A stretch of 64,000 nucleotides of DNA from Spirochaetota bacterium (GTDB lineage Bacteria > Spirochaetota > UBA12135 > COTS27 > JAFLEE01), in assembly GCA_017302015.1 (NCBI GenBank), contig JAFLEE010000006.1, positions 1 through 64,000 on the forward strand, read 5' to 3'. Shown here in pieces: positions 55,215 through 64,000 of this stretch (position 1 is its first letter; every line of letters starts with the position of its first letter). Below the pieces are notes generated by a model. That model was not told the DNA's origin. It ran no database searches and saw only the letters and a list, made by a program, of their open reading frames with translations. The translations under genes and the position numbers were made by a program.

Positions 55215-55838
55215 TCAGCCCGCGATGCGGCAGAGGCAATAGATGAAGGCTTGTAGGGTTCCCGACGGCGTCTGGTGGGCCTCGCGCTGGGATTCCACCA
55301 GGCGGAACTCCGGACCGAATTCCCGGTGGGGCGCGTCGGGTTCATAGCGCATGACGGGCAGGCCGGAGCATTTGGCCGGGCCGTCCCCGGCGAAGGTCGC
55401 CACCAAGACGTAGCCGCCGGCGCGCACGGAGCGCGCGACTTGGGCGACGTAGCGCCGACGGTCCCCCTCGCTGGTGAGGAAGTGGAAGACGGCCCGGTCG
55501 TGCCAGACGTCGAAGGCATCGGCGGAAAGATCGGCTTCCAGGATATCCGCGCATCACCATTTCACGTCCTCGACCCGGTGCGCCAAGCGCGCCCGTGAGA
55601 CCGTGAGCGCCTCGTCCGCGAGGTCGAGAACGGTCAGGTCCGTGAACCCGGCCGCGGGGAGGCTGTCGACCCCCGTCGAAGCGCCCGCGCCCACATCGAT
55701 GACTGCGGCACGGGGCGAAGGGGCCACCCTGCGGATCAAGTCGAGGGGGAGGCGCGCTTCGGGCTGGTACCAACTGACTTCATCGGCTTTTTTGTGTTGG
55801 TAGACGCCTTGCCAATGCTTCGCTTGCTCGCCGGACAT
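55215..55838 (-). pseudogene. Class I SAM-dependent methyltransferase interrupted by an in-frame TGA
   Basis: A single frame encodes ...VIDVGAGASTGVDSLPAAGFTDLTVLDLADEALTVSRARLAHRVEDVKW-[TGA at 55554-55556]-CADILEADLSADAFDVWHDRAVFHFLTSEGDRRRYVAQVARSVRAGGYVLVATF... This is a continuous MTase fold (motif I DVGAGAS, motif II/III). The stop falls where the MTase fold continues uninterrupted. Confidence 0.6.
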
Positions 55839-55864
55839 GGGGGGGGGCTTTCGTCTGGGGAGGT

Positions 55865-57142
55865 TCAGTCCTTGAACTTCGAGAGCACGATGCAGGCGTT
55901 ATGTCCGCCGAAACCGAAGCTATTGGAGAGGACGTGGTCGACGGAGATCTCCCGGGCGCCGGGGGAGACGATGTCGAGGTCGATGCGGGGGTCCTTCTCG
56001 TGCAGGTGGATCGTCGGGTGCACGAGGCTCTCGTTGAGGGCTTGGAGGCAGGCGATGGCCTCGATGCCGCCGGCCGCGCCGATGAGGTGGCCCGTCATCG
56101 ACTTGGTGCTGTGCACGGGGATCGAGGCCGCCGCGGCGCCGAAGGCCTGGTGGATGCCGATGCATTCGGCCAGGTCGCCGATGGGCGTGGAGGTGCCGTG
56201 GGCGTTGATGAGGCCGATGGCCTCGGGGGCGAGGCGGGCGTCCTCGAGGGCGAAGCGCATGGCGAGGGCGGAGCCGCGGCCCTCGGGGTGGGGCGCCACG
56301 AGGTCGTGGGCGTCGCAGGACATGCCGAAGCCGGTGAGTTCCCCGTAGATGCGCGCGCCCCGGGCCTTGGCGTGGCCGAGTTCCTCGAGGCAGAGCACGC
56401 CCGCGCCCTCGCCCAGCACGAACCCGTCGCGGTCCTTGTCGAAGGGGCGGCTGGCCGTCTCGGGATCCACCGAGCGCCGGGAGAGGGCGAAGATGGCGTT
56501 GAACCCGGCGAAGCCCGCGGTATTCACCACGGCCTCCGAGCCCCCGGCGAAGATCACGTCGGCGAGGCCCGTGCGGATGAACGAGGCGGCCGTTCCGAGG
56601 GAATGGTTGGAGGTGGCGCAGGCCGAATTGATGGAGAAATTGGGCCCTTGGAGCCCCCGTTCCTTGGCGAAAAACCCGGAGAGGGTGTTGGGGATCACCC
56701 CGACGACGTAGAAGGGCGAGGTATGGTCCATGCCCTTGGTTTCGATCGTCTTGAAGGTCTCGTAGGTGAACCCGACCCCGGCGTCGCCGGTGCCGATGAT
56801 GGCCCCGTAGCGGTGGGGCGCCTTGGCGATGGCTTCGGCGTCGAGGTGGGAATCGTGGAAGGCTTCGGTGGCCGCCACCATCCCGAGGTGGACGAAGCGG
56901 TCCAGGCGCCGCATCATCTTCTTGGGGAGGTAGGGGGTCATATCCTCGGGGAGGTCGACCTCGCCCCCCACCTTGACGGGGAAATTCTCGGGGAGCGGGG
57001 TGCGCTGCACCCGGCGTACGCCGTTCTTTCCGATGGCGAGGTTGGCCCAGTACTCGGGGACCGAGCGGCCGAGGGGGTTGATGGTGCCGATTCCGGTGAT
57101 GACGACGCGCACGCTGGGGTTGATTCGATTCGATGGGGTCAT
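55865..57142 (-). CDS. fabF: 3-oxoacyl-[ACP] synthase II
   Basis: 425 aa. Active-site Cys region SINSACATSNHSLG. His motifs AHGTSTPIGD and SMTGHLIGAAG. C-terminus FGFGGHNACIVLSKF. Confidence 0.9.
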   Translation of the reverse strand: MTPSNRINPSVRVVITGIGTINPLGRSVPEYWANLAIGKNGVRRVQRTPLPENFPVKVGGEVDLPEDMTPYLPKKMMRRLDRFVHLGMVAATEAFHDSHLDAEAIAKAPHRYGAIIGTGDAGVGFTYETFKTIETKGMDHTSPFYVVGVIPNTLSGFFAKERGLQGPNFSINSACATSNHSLGTAASFIRTGLADVIFAGGSEAVVNTAGFAGFNAIFALSRRSVDPETASRPFDKDRDGFVLGEGAGVLCLEELGHAKARGARIYGELTGFGMSCDAHDLVAPHPEGRGSALAMRFALEDARLAPEAIGLINAHGTSTPIGDLAECIGIHQAFGAAAASIPVHSTKSMTGHLIGAAGGIEAIACLQALNESLVHPTIHLHEKDPRIDLDIVSPGAREISVDHVLSNSFGFGGHNACIVLSKFKD

Positions 57143-57330
57143 TCAGACTCTCCGAGGTGGGCAGGATCTATCGCGGCGATTTCGGGTGGAAGGGAGCGGT
57201 TCCGGGGCATGCCGATGGCGAGCTCCCCCGAAATCGACGGGAAAAGGAGTTTTGGGCGGTCTCCATCGGACCGGGGACCCGGAAATTGTAATATCAGAAG
57301 GAATCGGGGGGGAGCTGGGGCTCCTTTCCC

Positions 57331-58098
57331 TCAGAGGTCGGCCGCCAGGCGGAAGCCCACCGTGCTCCGCTCGAACCAGGGGGTGAGGGAGTTGCGCGCG
57401 GCGCATCGGCAAAGATCCCCGCTGCAGCCCCAGGATCCGCCCCGCACGATGCGCTCGTCGCCCCTGCCGGGGCCCATCGGATCGGTGAGGGGGGCGCGGG
57501 GGTAGGCTCCGAGGAAGTCGTGGCACCATTCCCAAACGTTTCCGTGCAGGTCGTACAAACCCCAGGGGTTGGCGGGATAGCGGCGCACGACGGTCGTTCC
57601 TTCCAAAGCCGGGCCCTTCTTCCCTTTCCCATAGGGGGCGCCGCCGTCGAAATTGGCGCGCCGCGAGTCGAGGGAGGGCCCGAAATGGAAAGCGGATCGG
57701 GTTCCCGCGCGGCAGGCGTATTCCCATTCGGCCTCGGTGGGCAGGCGAAACTCGCGGCCCACGCGGTCGGAGAGGGTTTGGCAGAACTCGAGGGCGGCGG
57801 CCCAACTCACCTGCTCCACGGGCTTCTCGCCGTCTTTGAAGAACGAGGGGTTGCGCCCCATGACGGCCTTGAACAAGGCTTGGGTGACGGGGGTCTCCCC
57901 GATCAGGAACGGCGTGGTCAGGGTGACCCGATGGCGGTGTTCGCCCCGATCGCGTTTTTTCTCGGTCTCCGGCGAACCCATCCAATAGGTGCCGGCCGGC
58001 AGTGCGATGAGTTTGAAGGGAACGCCGCGGACCTTGAAGAGCTGCGGCTGAAGCCGCGCCTTGGGCGCCGCAGGTTTTTTTTTCTTGGGGACGGCCAT
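57331..58098 (-). CDS. Formylglycine-generating enzyme family protein (sulfatase-modifying factor, SUMF1-type)
   Basis: Contains YWMGS, RLPTEAEWEYACRAG, GNVWEWC and RGGSW, the hallmark FGE-sulfatase blocks. No signal peptide. Confidence 0.85.
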   Translation of the reverse strand: MAVPKKKKPAAPKARLQPQLFKVRGVPFKLIALPAGTYWMGSPETEKKRDRGEHRHRVTLTTPFLIGETPVTQALFKAVMGRNPSFFKDGEKPVEQVSWAAALEFCQTLSDRVGREFRLPTEAEWEYACRAGTRSAFHFGPSLDSRRANFDGGAPYGKGKKGPALEGTTVVRRYPANPWGLYDLHGNVWEWCHDFLGAYPRAPLTDPMGPGRGDERIVRGGSWGCSGDLCRCAARNSLTPWFERSTVGFRLAADL

Positions 58099-58254
58099 GG
58101 GTTCCTCTGGGGTGCCTCCCGCGCGCAGAGCGAGCTCGTGCGCGGCGGGACCGGGGATTCGGACACTTTACACCCGCGGCGCGCGGAATACAAATGGCAA
58201 GTCGCTGGTATTTTAACGGCCCGTCGCGAGCCGTCGATGGGTCCGCGCGGCCGC

Positions 58255-60039
58255 TCAGCGACCCCGCCGCCATTCGACGTCCAGGCGGAATCGGCGGACG
58301 AGGACGGGCTTCCAGGCGAAGGAAAAATCGCAATGGTCCGCGAGGCCATGGCGCCACGAGGCGTTCTCGGCCGGGATCTCGATGCGCGCCTTTTTCCACA
58401 CGGCGGTCCCCGTGGTATAGAGATCGGCCACGATGCCGTACTGGCCCCCGACCCGGGATTCGGCGTCGGGCCTCAGGGAATGGCAGAGCACCTGGAATCG
58501 CTCCTCGCCCTCGTCGAGGTACTCGAAAGACAAGGCCGCCCGGTGCCAGGCGCCGCGCCAGGCCGCGCAAGATTCCTCGGAGACGGCTAGGCCCAGTTTG
58601 TCGCCGGTGTTCCATGCTTGATCGCTTTGGGCGTCCGCCCGGCGCGATCCGTGGACCACCACCTCCAAGCCGGCGCCGGGGGCCTCTAGGCGCGCGGTTC
58701 GCAGCGGGGGCAGACTGGCGTCCAAAGCCTGCTTCGCCGATTGGGCGCGGGCGAGGGTGGCGAGGGCCGGGGCCCCTTCTCCCCGGCCCAATTGGCCCGC
58801 GGCCTGGTCGAGGAGCGCCTCGAAATCGGCGGCTTCCAGGCCGCAACGGCGGAAGGTTTCCCGGGCGAGGCGGAATTGGTGGAGGCGCTCCGGCAGGGCC
58901 AGGAGGGAGGGCTCTACGGCAGGGAGGCCCTTGAAGGCGCGGGCGTGCCGCTGGGTGGACTCGAGGTCGGCGAGGCCGCGTTCCAGCGTGGGTTCGATGC
59001 CGCTCGATTCGGTGTAGTCGTTCCACGTGGCGATGAATGCGATCCGGAAGAAATCCCGGTGATCCACCGCGAAGCGCCACATGCCCTCGAGGAGGGCGCC
59101 CTCGTCGCGCCCCAGGGCGTGGAGGGTCCGACCCCACCCCGCGCAGGGGCGATTGTCTTCTCCCGGGGTGACCACGGTCATGGGGTACGGGTAGAGCCCG
59201 GGTTCGGCGGCCTGTTCCTTTCGGATATGCTCGAGGTAGGCCAGCGCGTCTGCCGTCGTGGCGTGATGGTCCCAGTCGGGATGGGCCGCGTCGCGTGGGC
59301 GCAGGCGCGGCGGGATCCATGGCTGGAAGCCGACCCGCCGCTGGCGCCATTCCTGGAGAGTGGCGAGGGATTGAAAGACGGGATTTTCGCCCTCCATGCG
59401 GCCGGTGAGGAGGGACCAGTAATAATAGAGGGGGCGGGGCGAGAGCGCCTGATCGAATGCCGCCATGGCGTCGAAGAGGGGGATGGAGGTGGCCCATGCG
59501 AACACCAGGGGGGCGCCGTCGAGGCGCGGCCAGGTGGGGGCCTCCAGTTCAGCGTAGAAGGCGGGGGCGGCGAGTCGGAACGCGGCCAGCCTCGAAGCGG
59601 GGTCGGCCTTGGCCTGGGCGCGCTTGTTATTGAATGCGGCGAAGACGTGGAAGCCGTGCCGGGCGGCGATGGGCTTCATCGCCGCGAGGGCGGGGGTCTG
59701 GGAGTCTTCGATGAGGAAGGCGTCGATGCCGGCGAGTTTTGCGGAGAGGACGGCGTACTCCAAGTAGAGCGGATCGAGGGAGGAATAGGCGCCGACGCGG
59801 GGATGGGTCAGCGAGGCGAGGCCGCGCCGCCCGCCCTCGTCGACGAGATCGGATTGGTACAGGAACAAGCGGTTGGAGAACGAGGGGCTGAGGGCGGGGC
59901 GGCCCCGGGAACTCCAGACCCCGACGCGCCCGTCCAACGCGCGGGAGTAGCGGGGGTCGTGGAAATCGGCGATCACCCAGCGCGGGACCTGGGCGCCGGC
60001 GAGGAGCGAGGAAAGCAGGAGGATGAGGAAGATGCGCAT
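58255..60039 (-). CDS. Hypothetical secreted protein
   Basis: 594 aa from ATG 60039 with signal MRIFLILLLSSLLAGAQ. No recognisable catalytic motif. Confidence 0.4.
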   Translation of the reverse strand: MRIFLILLLSSLLAGAQVPRWVIADFHDPRYSRALDGRVGVWSSRGRPALSPSFSNRLFLYQSDLVDEGGRRGLASLTHPRVGAYSSLDPLYLEYAVLSAKLAGIDAFLIEDSQTPALAAMKPIAARHGFHVFAAFNNKRAQAKADPASRLAAFRLAAPAFYAELEAPTWPRLDGAPLVFAWATSIPLFDAMAAFDQALSPRPLYYYWSLLTGRMEGENPVFQSLATLQEWRQRRVGFQPWIPPRLRPRDAAHPDWDHHATTADALAYLEHIRKEQAAEPGLYPYPMTVVTPGEDNRPCAGWGRTLHALGRDEGALLEGMWRFAVDHRDFFRIAFIATWNDYTESSGIEPTLERGLADLESTQRHARAFKGLPAVEPSLLALPERLHQFRLARETFRRCGLEAADFEALLDQAAGQLGRGEGAPALATLARAQSAKQALDASLPPLRTARLEAPGAGLEVVVHGSRRADAQSDQAWNTGDKLGLAVSEESCAAWRGAWHRAALSFEYLDEGEERFQVLCHSLRPDAESRVGGQYGIVADLYTTGTAVWKKARIEIPAENASWRHGLADHCDFSFAWKPVLVRRFRLDVEWRRGR

Positions 60040-60060
60040 GGGAGGCGGGGGCCCTGTCAT

Positions 60061-60096
60061 AAAAAAACCCGGCCCAAAGGGCCGGGTTTCGTTTTC
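60061..60096 (-). terminator. Strong rho-independent (bidirectional) terminator downstream of the RRM gene
   Basis: AAAAAAA-CCCGGCCC-AAA-GGGCCGGG-TTTCGTTTTC. Perfect 8-bp GC stem, 3-nt loop, A-run on one side and T-run on the other. Lies 42 nt past the RRM stop codon. Confidence 0.8.
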
Positions 60097-60137
60097 GGTT
60101 ATGGAAAACATGCCCCCGGGAATCCGGGGACGTTTCG

Positions 60138-60449
60138 TCAGTAACGACCGCCGCGATCGCCGCCGCCGAAACCGCCGCGGTCACGACCGCCGCCGCCACC
60201 GCCGCCCGTCTTCGGTTGGCTTTCGTTGATGCGAAGAGCGCGACCGCCGACTTCCTTGCCGTTGAGGCCGGCAATGGCTTTCTCGCCTTCTTCACGGTTC
60301 GCCATTTCGACGAAACCGAAACCGCGCGATTGGTTGGTGAACTTGTCGACCACGATTTTGGCCGAGGTCACCGTTCCGAATTGAGAAAACTCGGAACGAA
60401 GGGATTCTTCGGTGGCCGAGTAGGCGAGGTTGCCCACGTAGATATTCAT
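60138..60449 (-). CDS. Glycine-rich RNA-binding protein (single RRM)
   Basis: MNIYVGNLAYSATEESL (RNP-2), RGFGFVEM (RNP-1), C-terminal GGGGGGGRDRGGFGGGDRGGRY tail. Confidence 0.9.
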   Translation of the reverse strand: MNIYVGNLAYSATEESLRSEFSQFGTVTSAKIVVDKFTNQSRGFGFVEMANREEGEKAIAGLNGKEVGGRALRINESQPKTGGGGGGGRDRGGFGGGDRGGRY

Positions 60450-60680
60450 GCGAACTCCAAGAGAGAGATTTTGATCGGAAGAGGGTGATACTTGACCAGG
60501 ACGAGAAGTTGTTCGACTCTACGTGGTTAAGGCAGACTCCGCCTTTCTAGAAGGAATTGTTGCATGAAACGGGGAACCCTGCCAAAAAAAGGCGCGATTT
60601 CCTGGATGGACGGGTTTTTTTTAGGTTTTCCACCTGGAATCGTTTGAAAAAGGCGTAAAAATCCACGGATCTTGCCGAAT

Positions 60681-62810
60681 TCAAGGCCCAAGCAATTCCA
60701 AAAGTTTCCCGGCGCAGGCGCGCCCGACCTGCTCGCAACCGAAAGAATTCGGGTGGCAATAATCGCCGCTCCACTGGGCATCGGCGCGCTCGATGCGAAG
60801 GCGCGCCCCGACGGGCGGCGGAGAATGGAAGAAGACGAGGCGCATGGGGTCTTTCACCTCGCCGGGGCGGTGGTAGCCGGAAGTGGTGAACTCCAAGTCC
60901 TTCCCCGTTTTCCCCGGCGTGACGCAATAATGCCAGCCCCCGAAGATGGCGGCGGATTTTCCGTAGAGGTCGACCCCGTCCACCAGGACGCGGAAGCCCT
61001 GGTGGTAACCCGTCCAGGGCAGGGCATATTCGCTGGCTCCGGTGGCCTCGAGTTCGCAGGCGTTCTCGGGTCGCTTTCCGGAGATCGCGGCGTCTTCGGC
61101 CGCCATGAGCGCCGGCGCGGTGTCGAAGACCGAGACCCCGCTGCGCGCGGCCGCCACCCGGGCCAGGGCTTCGGGGTATCCCCAAAGATCCCGCAGGCCC
61201 GCATTGGCGTAGCAGAGATTCATGAGCACGAGTTTCGTCCCCGGGCTCGCCCCGCGGAAGAGGTCGACGAGTTTGGTGATGTTCTCCTGGTAATTGGAGA
61301 GGCTTCGCACCGAGAACTCCTCCCCCGCCAAGTCTTCCAGGCGCCGGCGGCCGGCGAACTCGGAGACCGCCAGCGGCTTCTTCCAGGCGAGCCTCCCCGA
61401 GGCGGGATCGAAGGATTCGATCTCGCGCACGGCGGTGAAGCGGCGGTCCCCGGTGACCGTGCCGATGCGCACGAAGTAGCCGGGGAGGATGCCCTGGGCG
61501 CCGGCGAGCTGGGAGGAGTCGAGGGTGGTCGGGGTGAGCGCGCGGATGAGGCCGGCCTTCTTCACCGCGGTGAAGGTGCCGTCGGCCTCGAGTTTCGCCG
61601 AGGAGAGGTCGAGGGAGGGAAGGCGGCGCAGCGCGGCTTCGGTGAGCCCCGTCAGGCGCCGTTCGACGAAGCGCTTCCCCTCGATCCAATCGTCGTTGGG
61701 GGCGAGGGCGAGGAAGAGGACATCGGGGCGGGCGCCCTCCAGGGCGTGCTTCCACGAGCGGCGGCCCGTATCGTTGAGGAAGAGCGGGGCGGTCCACCCG
61801 CCGATGCCCGCGTTGACCAATTGGTGGAAGCGGCTGCTGGCGAAGTTCACGGCGAGGTAGGGGTCTTGCCCCCCGCGGATCGTGACGCGGATGCGCCGTT
61901 TGGCGCTCCCCGGGAAGCGGTGCACGAAGAAGGCCCCGGCGTCGATGCGCCGGAAATCGAGGCCCGAACTCAGGAAGGAAGGGCGCGCCGGGTCGAAACT
62001 CACGGACGAATTGCCGTAGGGGCTCTCGAGTCGGGATTCGTCCTCGAGGCCGCCCACGGTGGAGGCGGTATGGGCCACCACGCGGCCGAAGCGGTAGCGG
62101 GCCTCGAGGCGCGATCCGGCGGGGGGCGGGGCCGGGAAGAAGAGCGCGTGCACCACCTGCCCGTTCGACCCGTACTTGCGGATGACGAGGTACTCGTAGC
62201 CCGGGAAATAGGAGAAGGGGGGCTTGCTCATGTAGGAGCCCGTATTGAGCCCCCCGCGGAGTTCCCGCCCGTCGAGGGTCACGGCGTGGCCGTAGGTGAA
62301 GCACCGGTCGAGATCGAAGAGCACGGATTTGCCGTCGGCGACGAAGCTCGCTTCGCCGCGGCCCAGGGTGGGGTTGCGGTTGGTGAAGGCGCCGAGGCGC
62401 GCGCCGTCGGCGCTCACCTCGAGTTCGGCCCAGCGTTCGCCGCGGCGCAGGGTGTGGCAGAGGGCGAGGCTGTCGCCCTCCAGGTCGAACTCCACCGAGG
62501 CGCCGAGGCCCTCGAGCACGGCGGAGCGCCCCAGGTACTGCAGGGGATTGGTGAAGACCCCCGGGGTCACGGGCTTGCCCCCGGCGTCGAAGAAGCGCAT
62601 GCCGTCGGGGAGGACCGTGCGCGCCAGGCGGTTCTTGAGTTCGTGATCGAGCACGGCGACGAACGAGTTCTCGTCGAGGAGGCCGTTGCCCCAGGTGGTG
62701 GAATCCCCGGCCATGACGATGGTGAGGTCGCGGGCGGGGACTTGGGCGGGAAGGAGCGTCGGGGAGAGCCCCGAGAGCAGGGCGATAAGGGAGGCGCCGG
62801 TTCGGTTCAC
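60681..62810 (-). CDS. Secreted tandem SGNH/GDSL hydrolase-domain protein
   Basis: GTG start 62810 overlapping the upstream TGA. Signal ASLIALLSGLSPTLLPAQ. The N-terminal SGNH block is IVMAGDSTTWGNG. The second SGNH domain has KLVLMNLCYANAG and a catalytic DxxH in GDYCHPNSFG. The longer ORF to 63203 overlaps the upstream gene and is rejected. Confidence 0.6.
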   Translation of the reverse strand: MNRTGASLIALLSGLSPTLLPAQVPARDLTIVMAGDSTTWGNGLLDENSFVAVLDHELKNRLARTVLPDGMRFFDAGGKPVTPGVFTNPLQYLGRSAVLEGLGASVEFDLEGDSLALCHTLRRGERWAELEVSADGARLGAFTNRNPTLGRGEASFVADGKSVLFDLDRCFTYGHAVTLDGRELRGGLNTGSYMSKPPFSYFPGYEYLVIRKYGSNGQVVHALFFPAPPPAGSRLEARYRFGRVVAHTASTVGGLEDESRLESPYGNSSVSFDPARPSFLSSGLDFRRIDAGAFFVHRFPGSAKRRIRVTIRGGQDPYLAVNFASSRFHQLVNAGIGGWTAPLFLNDTGRRSWKHALEGARPDVLFLALAPNDDWIEGKRFVERRLTGLTEAALRRLPSLDLSSAKLEADGTFTAVKKAGLIRALTPTTLDSSQLAGAQGILPGYFVRIGTVTGDRRFTAVREIESFDPASGRLAWKKPLAVSEFAGRRRLEDLAGEEFSVRSLSNYQENITKLVDLFRGASPGTKLVLMNLCYANAGLRDLWGYPEALARVAAARSGVSVFDTAPALMAAEDAAISGKRPENACELEATGASEYALPWTGYHQGFRVLVDGVDLYGKSAAIFGGWHYCVTPGKTGKDLEFTTSGYHRPGEVKDPMRLVFFHSPPPVGARLRIERADAQWSGDYCHPNSFGCEQVGRACAGKLLELLGP

Positions 62811-64000
62811 ATCCTTCTCCAAACCCACAGGGTCAGGCCCTGGCCGGGTTGCTTCAGGCGGATTTTTCCATCCGCCAGGGTGTTCTTTTCGATGGTCGGT
62901 TCCCCCAATGCCCGGTCGGGGAGGAGGGTCCAGGCCGTGCGCTCCCACGTTCCCGCGCCGAGGCCGGGGAGTTCCACGGACAGGTCCACCGAGTCGACGA
63001 GGGGCTCGTCGGTGGTGGCGAGGAGGGAGAAGCCGCGGCCATCCGCGTGGCGGCAGGCGCTGGCCGTGAGTTTCGGGTCGGAGGCGGTCACGGGCAGCCA
63101 GGCGGCGTTCTTGAAGCGCCCCAGGGCCGCGTGCATGCGGAAGGCGTGATAGGCCGGGCGGGGCTTTCCCGAAGGGGCGATGATCCCGATGGCGTCCATC
63201 CAATCGTAGATGGAGGCGCGATCGACCCGGTTCTCCATGAGGCTATGGAGGGCGCGGGCGGCGTACACGGCCCCGCGGAAGCTGTTCATGAGGGGCTCGC
63301 CCGTCACGCTGGAGGAGAGTTGGTACTCGGCGACGTAGACGGTCTTGCGCAGTCCCCGCGAGGCGAGGGCCGCGCGCAGCCCGGCCAAGTGCTTGGTGAA
63401 ATCCTCGTTCCCGTAGAGATTGAACGAGAAATCGTCGATCTCGGCCCCGCAGGCGTCGAGGAATCCCTCCATCCACGGCGCTTTGCGGTCGGGGAAGGCC
63501 TTGGCGAAGAGGTCGGCCAGGTCGGGCCCGCTCACCTTGATGGAGGGGTCGGCCGCCCGCATCGCCTTGGCGCCCGCCTTCCAATAGGCCGCGAACTCGG
63601 GGAGCGTCCCCTGCACCCAATAGCGGTCGGGGTTATCGGGCTCGTTGCCCAATTGCCAGAAGGGGATGCGAAAACCCTTCTCGATGTTCCAGTGGCGCAC
63701 GAGGCCGGCGATGAGGGCGCCCCATTTCTCGTTGTCCTTGGGCGGGGCGCGGTGGATCATCCACAGGCCCGAGTAGACCTTGCTGGGGCGTTGGGTGGAG
63801 AGCCACGGCGGGCAATAGAGGCCGACCATGGGCATCACGCCGATGCCCAGTTCGCGGATGAGGGTCTCGAGGAACGCATCGGCCATCCCGTAGCGGGGCG
63901 GGACCCCCTCGGCGGGGGAGATCGGGTCCTCCAGGTTCGTGGTGCCGGCGTTGCGCCCGACGTCGAAGACATTGGCCAGATAGACGCGGAAAAAAGTGAT
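62807..64000 (-). CDS. Glycoside hydrolase, clan GH-A-like (GH39/GH5-type), 5' end beyond the window
   Basis: Contains FWQLGNEPDNP (NEP acid/base motif). The frame stays open upstream of the annotated Met to the window edge (…FDVGRNAGTTNLEDPISPAEGVPPRYGMADAF…). Confidence 0.55.
   Translation of the reverse strand: MTFFRVYLANVFDVGRNAGTTNLEDPISPAEGVPPRYGMADAFLETLIRELGIGVMPMVGLYCPPWLSTQRPSKVYSGLWMIHRAPPKDNEKWGALIAGLVRHWNIEKGFRIPFWQLGNEPDNPDRYWVQGTLPEFAAYWKAGAKAMRAADPSIKVSGPDLADLFAKAFPDRKAPWMEGFLDACGAEIDDFSFNLYGNEDFTKHLAGLRAALASRGLRKTVYVAEYQLSSSVTGEPLMNSFRGAVYAARALHSLMENRVDRASIYDWMDAIGIIAPSGKPRPAYHAFRMHAALGRFKNAAWLPVTASDPKLTASACRHADGRGFSLLATTDEPLVDSVDLSVELPGLGAGTWERTAWTLLPDRALGEPTIEKNTLADGKIRLKQPGQGLTLWVWRRM

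Noticed and set aside
55551-55560. Selenocysteine interpretation of the in-frame TGA in the methyltransferase
   Set aside because: A single TGG to TGA change would produce the stop at this position. No obvious SECIS-like stem-loop follows. MTases of this class are not known selenoproteins. Pseudogene or sequencing error is more parsimonious.
57143-59497. 784-aa minus-strand Arg/Pro-rich ORF
   Set aside because: It overlaps the FGE gene and the 594-aa secreted protein in other frames. Its composition (RPRGRG...) is not protein-like. FGE hallmarks (GNVWEWC) are in the other frame.
60547-63149. 585-aa minus and 825-aa plus ORFs overlapping the SGNH/GH genes, and the 840-aa extended SGNH ORF
   Set aside because: They are shadow/over-extended ORFs. 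GDSL (GDSTTWGNG) and NEP motifs define the real frames. The extension past 62810 overlaps the upstream GH gene.
1-64000. tRNA/rRNA genes, CRISPR arrays, transposases/IS elements
   Set aside because: All intergenic regions >80 bp were scanned by eye for T-arm (GGTTCGAAT/GGTTCGATT) consensus and for direct repeats of 25-40 bp. None were found. No integrase/transposase signatures appear in any frame. A computational tRNAscan/CRISPR scan would be needed to be certain.

Overview
This is a GC-rich (~70%) bacterial chromosomal window, densely coding on both strands. Nearly every long reading frame has an antisense shadow ORF, which is typical for high-GC genomes. Gene content is dominated by polysaccharide/glycan utilisation: GH3, GH16, a heparinase II/III-like lyase, a GH clan-A hydrolase, SGNH and alpha/beta esterases, a Cys-type sulfatase with its FGE maturase elsewhere in the window, sugar-phosphate isomerase/oxidoreductase operons and LamG/beta-helix giant proteins. 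Regulators are of the IclR, AraC (x2), GntR-LacI hybrid and XRE families. Two signalling proteins (a histidine kinase and an MCP) share a CxxCH heme-type periplasmic sensor domain. By inference only, the lifestyle resembles a PVC-superphylum-like (Planctomycetes/Verrucomicrobia-type) polysaccharide degrader. Housekeeping genes include rnc (partial), fabF, sodC, an RRM RNA-binding protein and an SbcCD-like nuclease/ATPase pair. The most unusual content is as follows. (1) A B12-binding radical SAM enzyme with an overlapping Cys-motif partner gene, divergently paired with an EamA transporter fused to two Lrp/AsnC RAM domains plus a stand-alone RAM-domain protein. (2) A flotillin-like SPFH protein carrying a 3x tandem 222-bp in-gene repeat. 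(3) A lower-GC patch encoding a bacterial SET-domain protein, a tandem GcrA-like DNA-binding protein and an LRR protein. (4) A minimal 52-aa stand-alone MshEN-type (c-di-GMP-binding) peptide. (5) A methyltransferase gene interrupted by an in-frame TGA. No tRNA, rRNA, CRISPR array or transposase was recognised.
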